NCBI GenBank assembly: GCA_009777955.1
Contig: WRKW01000001.1
Location: 98,255-162,254, forward strand
DNA from: Alphaproteobacteria bacterium
GTDB lineage: Bacteria; Pseudomonadota; Alphaproteobacteria; Rs-D84
Reading direction: 5' to 3'
Length of the DNA: 64,000 nt
Shown here: piece after piece, positions 56,783 to 64,000 of the stretch
Numbering within the stretch: position 1 is the stretch's first letter
Layout: each line of letters begins with the position of its first letter
Made by a program: the position numbers and the translations under genes
The notes under the pieces: model-generated
What the model was told of the DNA's origin: nothing
Database searches by the model: none
What the model saw: only the letters and a program-made list of their open reading frames with translations

Positions 56783-56868
56783 TTGTTAAACCTTTTTGTT
56801 TTACGTTGGCGATTATGTCCCAAAGTGGCGGAAAAGTCAAGAAGTTTATATGTGGTATTAGAATACCG

Positions 56869-57915
56869 TTAAACAAAATATTCCAATTTCATCGCCTTTT
56901 TGACACGGGCGACTGTGACGGCGGCGCGTTCGCGGGCTTTGATAGTACCCTTATGCAAGATTTCCATAATAGCATTCGGATCGCGTTCCAGCTGTTCGCG
57001 CCGCTTGCGAATAGGGCACAGTATTTCCTGGATCACTTCATTAAGGAATTTTTTTACCTTTACATCGCCCAGTCCACCGCGTTCATAATGCGCGGCAAGT
57101 TCCGCATAGTCTTTATATTCTGGCAGAAATGCGGTAAAATGCTCGGGTGTCGCGAATGCCATCAAATATTGGAACACCGGATTGTTTTCGGTATGACCCG
57201 GATCTTCAATGCAAAGGTGCAAAGGATCGGTGTACATGGTTTTTATTTTTGCCGCAATAATATCCGCACTGTCCCCAAGGTTTATCGTATTGTTCAGGGA
57301 TTTGCCCATTTTTGCATTTCCATCGATTCCGGGCAAACGGCGTGCAGCGGTATTTTCTGGTATAACCCCTTTTGGCATTACCAGGGTTTTGCCGTACAGA
57401 GAATTGAACTTTTGTACAATTTCTTGGGTTTGTTCTATCATTGGCATCTGATCTTCGCCGACGGGAACAATTCCGGCATCAAATGCGGTAATGTCCGCGG
57501 CCTGGGAAATAGGGTAAGTAAAGAATCCGACAGGTGTGCCGCCCCGGAATCTTTCTTTTTGCGCGATTTCGGATTTTACCGTTGGATTGCGTTGCAGGCG
57601 TGCAACCGTTACCAGGTTCTGGTAGTAAAATGCAAGTTCTGTCAGTTCCGGCACAGCGGATTGAATAAATATAGTCGATTTTTCCGGGTCTATTCCAACG
57701 GCCAAATTGTCCAGCGTTACTTGTAATACATTTTCACGTACTTTGTCTGGATTTTCGGCATTATCGGTCAAGGCCTGGGCATCTGCTATTATAACAAATG
57801 TTTCAAACCTGTTGCTGTTTTGCATAGCTATGCGATTTTGTAAAGCACCGGCATAGTGTCCGATATGCAACGATCCAGTGGGACGTTCCCCGGTAAGTAT
57901 GATTTCTTTCTTCAT
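56869..57915 (-). CDS. trpS: Tryptophan--tRNA ligase
   Basis: HIGH motif (TGSLHIGHY) and KMSKS-type KMGKS. 348 aa. Confidence 0.85.
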   Translation of the reverse strand: MKKEIILTGERPTGSLHIGHYAGALQNRIAMQNSNRFETFVIIADAQALTDNAENPDKVRENVLQVTLDNLAVGIDPEKSTIFIQSAVPELTELAFYYQNLVTVARLQRNPTVKSEIAQKERFRGGTPVGFFTYPISQAADITAFDAGIVPVGEDQMPMIEQTQEIVQKFNSLYGKTLVMPKGVIPENTAARRLPGIDGNAKMGKSLNNTINLGDSADIIAAKIKTMYTDPLHLCIEDPGHTENNPVFQYLMAFATPEHFTAFLPEYKDYAELAAHYERGGLGDVKVKKFLNEVIQEILCPIRKRREQLERDPNAIMEILHKGTIKARERAAVTVARVKKAMKLEYFV

Positions 57916-57963
57916 TGGGTAATTATTATGCGTATTTTCGCGAAAGTCAAGATGCCGATGCGA

Positions 57964-58851
57964 TTAAAGCGATGCAGGTAACGCATCACTTTCAAGAGCA
58001 TTTTGACATTCCTTTGCGACTTGCAGCGCGGTTCCGATTGCTTTTATCTGTGTGGCATTTATCACAGCCCCAACCAAAGTTGCCGCTGTTGTGCCTATTG
58101 TGACAGGCTCTGTGCCAGCAAACTTGATTTTATCGGTGGTTTGATTAACGACTTGCGCTATGCTGCCGACTGCACCGGTTGTACTGGCCACCATGGCTCC
58201 GGTTGCACGATTATTAATTTTCGATACTTGTTCCATGTTAAAATTACCACAAAGCTCTGCAATTTTCTTTGCATGGGAAAGGATTGCTTCATCTGCCCCA
58301 TCCAGTCGGGCTTGCCCCATTACTTGTTCTATATTTTCTGCTGAATCTTTGCACTTGATTATGGCACCGGCCAGATCGCTGTCTACTTTATTGGTTCCGG
58401 CAAGAATTGCGCCCGTGACATTTGCAGCGGCAGCCCCGGCAGTCAATCCGACAGTGATTGGTTCCTCTTCTTTACTTCTACTAAGCCGTGTATCTTCATC
58501 GGTAGTGACATACGTTGCCCCATGTGCCGCTGTGCCTATGCTTGTAACGGCGGTTGTGGTAACTGCCCTGGATCTCATTTTTTCAAGTGCTTCGACAATT
58601 CCGGCGCAATTTGTGCGTGTGGTCATAATTGCAGCGGACAATTCAGCTTCTGCATTCTGTGCGGGTGTGGTGTACTGTGTTGGTACCGCAATTGCAGTTG
58701 TGGCCGTTTCGGTCGCTGCCGCCGTCGTTGCTGTGCGTGGCTGCATTGGTGCAACGGGGGTGGTTCTTTGATTTCCACGCGGATTTGATGCGGCATCTGC
58801 GGTTACGGTTGAAGCTATGAACAATAAAACAAATATGGAAATTTTTTTCAT
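57964..58851 (-). CDS. Secreted Ala/Thr-rich hypothetical protein
   Basis: Start at MKKISIFVLLFIASTVTADAA (signal peptide) with a GGAGA RBS. ~295 aa, low-complexity A/T/G-rich sequence. Confidence 0.45.
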   Translation of the reverse strand: MKKISIFVLLFIASTVTADAASNPRGNQRTTPVAPMQPRTATTAAATETATTAIAVPTQYTTPAQNAEAELSAAIMTTRTNCAGIVEALEKMRSRAVTTTAVTSIGTAAHGATYVTTDEDTRLSRSKEEEPITVGLTAGAAAANVTGAILAGTNKVDSDLAGAIIKCKDSAENIEQVMGQARLDGADEAILSHAKKIAELCGNFNMEQVSKINNRATGAMVASTTGAVGSIAQVVNQTTDKIKFAGTEPVTIGTTAATLVGAVINATQIKAIGTALQVAKECQNALESDALPASL

Positions 58852-58877
58852 TACATGGTCTCCTTTTTCGATATTAT

Positions 58878-58930
58878 ACCAGAAAAAGCAGGAAAGAAAA
58901 AGATATTGTTTGTCAAAAAATAGAAAAATA
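58878..58930. repeat. ~53-bp inverted repeat, copy 1: shared upstream element of two secreted-protein genes
   Basis: ACCAGAAAAAGCAGGAAAGAAAAAGATATTGTTTGTCAAAAAATAGAAAAATA is the reverse complement of 60181..60234 with ~3 mismatches. Confidence 0.7.
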
Positions 58931-59147
58931 TACGAAAGCATCGCTGAGACTATTGTATCACGCTTCGTGCCTTATATTTCATATCTGACGCTTCATGGAT
59001 TCATATTTATGATTAATTATCATGTAATATTAATTATTTATTGTAATAATTCCTGATTATACACTTTGTGAAAACTTTTTTTGACAAAACGCTTGACAAA
59101 TGAGTGTAGTGTATTATATTTTGTTTGACTTTCAGGGACCCTAGACT

Positions 59148-59229
59148 CCCTCCTACATTCTCTCTCCTCTAGACCCTGAGAGTCACCAGTTCAGAGTGTT
59201 CGCCTTTTCTCCTTTCCTTCCTTCCTTTT
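59148..59229. repeat. CT-rich polypyrimidine tract
   Basis: CTCCCTCCTACATTCTCTCTCCTCTAGACCC…TTTTCTCCTTTCCTTCCTTCCTTTT immediately upstream of the lpxI-like gene. Confidence 0.5.
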
Positions 59230-59311
59230 GGCGGCATTCGGATTATCCCCCCGAAAAAGGGGGATAGTTTTTATATTTGATTCTATTGCCGTTTGGCATT
59301 ATAATAATAGC

Positions 59312-60139
59312 ATGAAAAATGTAAGCGATAAAAAGATAGCATTATTCGCCGGCGCGTTGCGTCTGCCCTTTTTGGTGCGCGATTCATTGCGTGCGTCTGG
59401 CTGGGAAGTATTTGTTGTGGGACTGCGCGGATTTTATGAGCCGGAATTAATGCCAGATATGGTGGTGCGGCTTGGTGGTGGCGGTGCGGCTGCGCGGGAA
59501 TGCAAACGACGTGGTATAAAATTATTAACTTTTGTTGGTGCGATTGGACACCCGGATTTATCCGATGTGCGACCAGATCTTTGGTCTTTGTCGGTATTTA
59601 TGAAAGTTTTGAAAAATCAAAAAGGATATGATTCCATGGCGCGTGCTGTAATCAGTGGAATCGAATCCAAAGGATTTAAAATAGTTGGTGCCCAAGATTT
59701 ATGCCCCGATCTTACGTTTGCGCCCGGTGTTCAGACAAAGACACGTCCGACCACAGCGGACAAGAAAGTAATTGATCGCGCGATCCAAGTATCAAAAGTA
59801 ATCGGTGCAGAAGATATAGGCGCAAGTGTGGTTGTAGATCGACAGGTTCTTGCGATAGAAGCCGCCGAGGGCACCGCAAATATGTTACGCCGGGTGGTTG
59901 AAATCAGAAAAAATAGGCGGGGTAAAAAGGCATCTGGAGTATTCGCAAAGATGATAAAACCAAAACAGGATTTAAGGATAGACACCACTGCAATTGGTGT
60001 CGATACTGTCCGTGATGTTGCGGCGGCCGGCCTGCGCGGTATAGTTGTGGATGCGAAAGAATGTTTCGTGATAGATCGCGCCGCGGTCATATCCGCAGCG
60101 GACAAGGCGAAAATATTTATAGTTGCTGTGGGTGCGTGA
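59312..60139 (+). CDS. lpxI: LpxI-like (DUF1009) protein, probable UDP-2,3-diacylglucosamine hydrolase
   Basis: MKNVSDKKIALFAGALRLPFLV… N-terminal pattern and ~275 aa size fit alphaproteobacterial LpxI. Assignment comes from motif recall only. Confidence 0.45.
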   Translation: MKNVSDKKIALFAGALRLPFLVRDSLRASGWEVFVVGLRGFYEPELMPDMVVRLGGGGAAARECKRRGIKLLTFVGAIGHPDLSDVRPDLWSLSVFMKVLKNQKGYDSMARAVISGIESKGFKIVGAQDLCPDLTFAPGVQTKTRPTTADKKVIDRAIQVSKVIGAEDIGASVVVDRQVLAIEAAEGTANMLRRVVEIRKNRRGKKASGVFAKMIKPKQDLRIDTTAIGVDTVRDVAAAGLRGIVVDAKECFVIDRAAVISAADKAKIFIVAVGA

Positions 60140-60180
60140 AATATAATGCATCAGACGACAGTCTTAATTATACTTTCGTA

Positions 60181-60234
60181 TATTTTTCTATTTTTTTGAC
60201 AGACAATATCTTTTTCTTTCCTGTTTTTTCTGGT
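60181..60234. repeat. Inverted repeat, copy 2 (upstream of 60263..61480)
   Basis: See 58878..58930. Confidence 0.7.
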
Positions 60235-60262
60235 ACAATGTAATGCGAAAAAAGGTTAAAAA

Positions 60263-61480
60263 ATGAAGTGGTTTTTGGTTCTGATATTGATTGTTATGGG
60301 ATTTGCCGGACATGCTGATAATATACCTACAACGATAAAGGATCCATTCACAGATCAAGATCTTATTTGTACTTATGAGCGTCATCGATATAGCAAAAGC
60401 TTTTACGAGTGTGAGTATCCTGAAGTAAGACAATGTTTAGAGCCTGAACCTGGTGAATGGAGATGGGGTGATTGTAAAGAAGAAATCTGTGATCTTGATG
60501 AAGCATCTAGGAACAGAATTTCAATTATCGAATATACCAATCGGTGGGTGCAGTATCGTTTCCACAATGTTTGCTGGATAGATATAGATGATACTGGTTT
60601 TTTTAAAAAATTTTTAGAATTTGTTAGTGGATCCACATCATCAAGTTCTTCTGGACAGGGTATGCCAATTACTGGCACTGTTAAAGACAGTCGTGATAAT
60701 TTTCCTTTATTTGGGGTGACTGTAAGGGAGTTGGGAACTGATAATTTTGTAAAAACAGAAACAGACGGAACATACAATATTAGCGTTCAGGATAGAGCAA
60801 ATTTTATTCTGGAATTTTCGCTGAAAGGATATAAAACAACTAGGGAACCTAGTGATAGGTCAAACAATGATAGTGGTGGAACTATTAACATCAATATTGA
60901 ATTGCCCAAAGAGTTTCCCACTGCCCGGGTTATTTCGGATGCGGTGGCCGGGGTTGTGATGGGAACTCTTGGCGGTATTATTACCAATCGTTTAATTAAA
61001 AAGAATCAAATAAAAAAGGGTTTTGAAGACTTGTCATGCGTATCGGCGGGCAAAAAGATTGCGGACTGGGGCGATGAATTTCAAATGTCTGGCGCAATGA
61101 CAAGGGCGGAATGCGATGCCGCATCCGGTGGCCGCGATAGCAATTTTATTTGGGCATCTAAAACCAACAGTGGTACGGATTATGCCGGTCTGCGTGAAGA
61201 TACGGCATGGCCAGAAAATAATGCTTGCTGGATCCGCGTAGAGATCGAAAGTGCGGACAGGAGAATAAGGATGGATTCATTAAGTGCGCGGTATTTTATG
61301 GTTGGCACACCGGTGACTTGCGGCGGATGGCTTGACGATCAGGCTGTGGAAAAACTGATTCTTGATGCGAAAAGGAAGGGTCGTACATGGGGTACTGTTG
61401 CGGGTGCCACAGGTGGCGCAGCAGTCGGGGTTGCAGTGATGGAAACAGTCGGACACAATGCGCTGGGAATAGAAAAATAG
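60263..61480 (+). CDS. Secreted protein with a carboxypeptidase-regulatory-like (CarbopepD_reg) beta-sandwich domain and a C-terminal Gly/Ala-rich hydrophobic segment
   Basis: Signal peptide MKWFLVLILIVMGFAGHA. …ITGTVKDSRDNFPLFGVTVRELGTDNFVKTETDGTYNI… matches the CarbopepD_reg motif. C-terminus VAGATGGAAVGVAVM. Confidence 0.5.
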   Translation: MKWFLVLILIVMGFAGHADNIPTTIKDPFTDQDLICTYERHRYSKSFYECEYPEVRQCLEPEPGEWRWGDCKEEICDLDEASRNRISIIEYTNRWVQYRFHNVCWIDIDDTGFFKKFLEFVSGSTSSSSSGQGMPITGTVKDSRDNFPLFGVTVRELGTDNFVKTETDGTYNISVQDRANFILEFSLKGYKTTREPSDRSNNDSGGTININIELPKEFPTARVISDAVAGVVMGTLGGIITNRLIKKNQIKKGFEDLSCVSAGKKIADWGDEFQMSGAMTRAECDAASGGRDSNFIWASKTNSGTDYAGLREDTAWPENNACWIRVEIESADRRIRMDSLSARYFMVGTPVTCGGWLDDQAVEKLILDAKRKGRTWGTVAGATGGAAVGVAVMETVGHNALGIEK

Positions 61481-61547
61481 GTGGGTGGTTACACAAGACG
61501 TGAAGCGAATTCGTCTTACTAACTCACGCTTCACGTCTTATGCTTTT

Positions 61548-64000
61548 TTACTTTCGTGGGTATTTAACCGCCGCTTGTGCCGCCGCCAATTTTGCAATCG
61601 GTATGCGGAACGGGCTGCACGATACAAAATCCATTCCTGTCTGATGAAAGAATTCGATGGATTGTGGGTCGCCGCCGTGTTCACCACATACACCCATATG
61701 GATATCATGCCCCTTTGCCTTGCGTCCCAGCTGTACCGCAGTTTCAACCAATTTACCAACACCCGGAACGTCAATTGATGCGAACGGATCGGCTACATAG
61801 ACACCACGCGTACGGTATTCATCCAGTATTTGTGCCGTATCGTCGCGCGACATCCCAAGTGTCGTTTGGGTTAAATCATTCGTGCCGAATCCGAAAAATT
61901 CACAAGACTGGGCGATTTCGTCCGCCAGTAATGCTGCACGTGGAAGTTCGATCATGGATCCAACCTTGTATTCGATACTTTCGCCTTTTTCCGCGAATAT
62001 CTGTGCGGCGGTCGCATCAATTACGGCCTTTACCAGATCCAGTTCCTTTTTTGAACCGACCAAGGGCACTTCGATTTCCGGCATGACTTTGATGCCTTGT
62101 TTTTTACATTCTAATGCGGCCTCTAAGATGGCGCGTGTCTGCATTTCACAAATTTCGGGATATGTTATACACAGTCGGCATCCGCGATGGCCAAGCATGG
62201 GATTTTGTTCATGCAGGGCGGAAACACGCTGGGCAACAAATTCATACGTTTTACCGATTTTTGATGCCAGCTCTCTTTGATCTGCTTCGGCATGTGGCAC
62301 AAATTCGTGCAACGGCGGATCGATAAGGCGAACTGTGACCGGCATTCCATCCATAATTTTGAATAGTTCGATAAAGTCTGTGCGCTGGTGCGGCAACAGC
62401 TTGTTCAACGCCCCCCTGCGTCCGGTTTCATCATCGGCAAGAATCATCTCGCGCATGTCGGTAATACGGGTACCTTCGAAGAACATATGTTCCGTACGGG
62501 CCAGCCCAATGCCCTCGCACCCGAATTCACGGGCTTGTTTTGCATCACGTGGGGTTTCTGCATTTGCGCGGATTTCCAATACTTTCAATGAATCGACCCA
62601 TTCCATAAGCTTTCCAAAATTACCGGTAAGTTCGGCTGAAACTGTTGGCATCTGGCCTTCGATTATTTCACCCTTACCACCGTCGATGGAAACCCAGTCA
62701 CCTTCGTTTATGACTGTGCCGGACATGGTCTTCATGGTTTTTGACGTATAATCTATTCTGATATCGGCGGATCCGGAAACACAGGGTTTTCCCATTCCGC
62801 GCGCCACAACGGCGGCATGTGAAGTCATTCCGCCGCGTGCGGTGATGATACCCTGGGCTGCATCCATTCCGGCTATATCTTCCGGTGAAGTCTCGACGCG
62901 GATAAGCATTGTTTTTTCACCCTTTGCGACCCAAGCGACTGCGTCGTCCGCACTGAATACCGCGCGTCCGACGGCCGCACCCGGTGATGCCGGCAGACCG
63001 GTAGCGATTACTTTTTTTGTCGCCTTTGGATCAAGCGTCGGATGCAACAGATGATCCAACTGTTCGGCTTTGACGCTTAATATGGCTTCTTCCTTGTTCA
63101 GCAAACCTTCGTCCACCATTTCAACTGCGATGCGGACAGCCGCTGTGGCTGTGCGTTTTCCATTTCTGGTTTGGAGCATCCACAATTTTCCATGTTCCAC
63201 CGTAAATTCCATGTCCTGCATATCTTTGTAATGTTTTTCCAGCTTTTCACGGATTTCGCAAAGCTCTTTGTATACTGTCGGCATGGCTTCTTCAAGCGAC
63301 GTCTGGCTGGAATTGTCTTTCGCCATCGGCAATGGAGTCCTTATCCCGGCCACCACATCTTCACCCTGGGCGTTAATCAGATATTCGCCATAAAACATAT
63401 TTTCGCCGGTTGCGGGATCGCGGCTGAAACAAACACCGGTTGCACAGTCATCACCCGCGTTTCCAAACACCATGGCTTGGACATTAACGGCGGTTCCCCA
63501 GTCGCCCGGAATATTGTTAAGGCGGCGATAAGTAACCGCTTTCTTCGTCATCCAGGAATTGAATACGGCGGTGATGCCGCGATTTAACTGTTCCCATGGA
63601 TCTTGGGGAAATTCTTTACCGATTTTTTTGCCGATTTCTTTGAATTGTTCGACCAGGTGTTTAAGATCTTCGGCTGTCAATTCTGTATCGAATTTATATC
63701 CTTTGTCTTCCTTTACTTTTTCAAGTGCGTGTTCAAACAAATCAATATCCGCATCCAGAACAACATCGCTGAACATCATGATAAAACGACGATAAGAATC
63801 ATAGGCAAAGCGTTCGTCATTCGATGCGCGTGCTAATGCCAGAACCGTTTCATCGTTAAGGCCAAGGTTAAGCACGGTATTCATCATTCCTGGCATAGAA
63901 ACCCTTGCCCCGGAACGAACAGACAGCAATAATGGATTTTCCCGATCCGCGAATTTTTTACCCATGATTTTTTCTACATATTCGACCCCACCGCGCACCT
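61548..64000 (-). CDS. ppdK: Pyruvate, phosphate dikinase (C-terminal ~815 aa; N-terminus lies beyond the window end)
   Basis: Phosphohistidine-domain GGMTSHAAVVARGMGKPCV, and a PEP-utilising C-terminal TIM barrel …GICGEHGGDP… ending AAQAAVKYPRK. Confidence 0.85.
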   Translation of the reverse strand, partial: VRGGVEYVEKIMGKKFADRENPLLLSVRSGARVSMPGMMNTVLNLGLNDETVLALARASNDERFAYDSYRRFIMMFSDVVLDADIDLFEHALEKVKEDKGYKFDTELTAEDLKHLVEQFKEIGKKIGKEFPQDPWEQLNRGITAVFNSWMTKKAVTYRRLNNIPGDWGTAVNVQAMVFGNAGDDCATGVCFSRDPATGENMFYGEYLINAQGEDVVAGIRTPLPMAKDNSSQTSLEEAMPTVYKELCEIREKLEKHYKDMQDMEFTVEHGKLWMLQTRNGKRTATAAVRIAVEMVDEGLLNKEEAILSVKAEQLDHLLHPTLDPKATKKVIATGLPASPGAAVGRAVFSADDAVAWVAKGEKTMLIRVETSPEDIAGMDAAQGIITARGGMTSHAAVVARGMGKPCVSGSADIRIDYTSKTMKTMSGTVINEGDWVSIDGGKGEIIEGQMPTVSAELTGNFGKLMEWVDSLKVLEIRANAETPRDAKQAREFGCEGIGLARTEHMFFEGTRITDMREMILADDETGRRGALNKLLPHQRTDFIELFKIMDGMPVTVRLIDPPLHEFVPHAEADQRELASKIGKTYEFVAQRVSALHEQNPMLGHRGCRLCITYPEICEMQTRAILEAALECKKQGIKVMPEIEVPLVGSKKELDLVKAVIDATAAQIFAEKGESIEYKVGSMIELPRAALLADEIAQSCEFFGFGTNDLTQTTLGMSRDDTAQILDEYRTRGVYVADPFASIDVPGVGKLVETAVQLGRKAKGHDIHMGVCGEHGGDPQSIEFFHQTGMDFVSCSPFRIPIAKLAAAQAAVKYPRK

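Noticed and set aside
56115-56789. Plus-strand ORFs across rpsI/rplM (55886..56335, 56325..56789 and others)
   Set aside because: Antisense to highly conserved ribosomal protein genes.

Overview
The window reads as a chromosomal segment from a moderately AT-rich bacterium. Gene content (LpxI-like protein, pyruvate phosphate dikinase, Lys/Ala-rich histone H1-like protein, two-permease Liv-type ABC transporter) suggests an alphaproteobacterium, possibly an intracellular-symbiont lineage. This is an inference from the translations only, with no database search.

Core genes, left to right:
- partial transporter gene, and tRNA-Asn(GTT) on the minus strand;
- dnaB (-), class-1 pyrD-like and pyrC (+), recG (-), bamA (+);
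- a promoter-driven small lipoprotein followed by a 3-gene operon of membrane-anchored and secreted unknowns;
- a dual-HTH XRE regulator, a Lys/Ala-repeat histone H1-like protein (-), birA, tRNA-Val(CAC), a 521-aa lipoprotein, and an acyl-CoA synthetase;
- a 9-gene Liv-type ABC operon with five tandem substrate-binding-protein paralogs;
- acpS, a 1001-aa Cys-rich secreted protein (-), hemW, an atypical membrane-anchored Mur-ligase (-), an alpha/beta hydrolase (-), ddl-like, M13 peptidase and cdd (+);
- tRNA-Pro(GGG) (-), the rplM-rpsI operon (-) with an S9 carrying a Lys/Ala-rich N-terminal extension, trpS (-), two secreted unknowns that share a near-identical upstream element, an lpxI-like gene, and the C-terminal part of ppdK (-).

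Accessory content:
- Five copies of a dispersed palindromic repeat family lie in the first 8 kb.
- A ~3.1-kb segment bounded by 48-bp direct repeats carries an overlapping AAA+ (DUF4143-type) ATPase and HNH nuclease gene pair plus an S51 peptidase. I rate this pair the best candidate for an undescribed defence-like module.
- A ~7.9-kb P4-type integrative element sits in the 3' end of tRNA-Pro (50-bp att duplication at 47745..47794). It carries integrase, AlpA-like, Toprim primase-like, AAA_25-like ATPase, an ImmA/IrrE+XRE pair, an OmpA-like beta-barrel and small unknown cargo.
- An orphan BrnA-like antitoxin and a GNAT remnant are also present.
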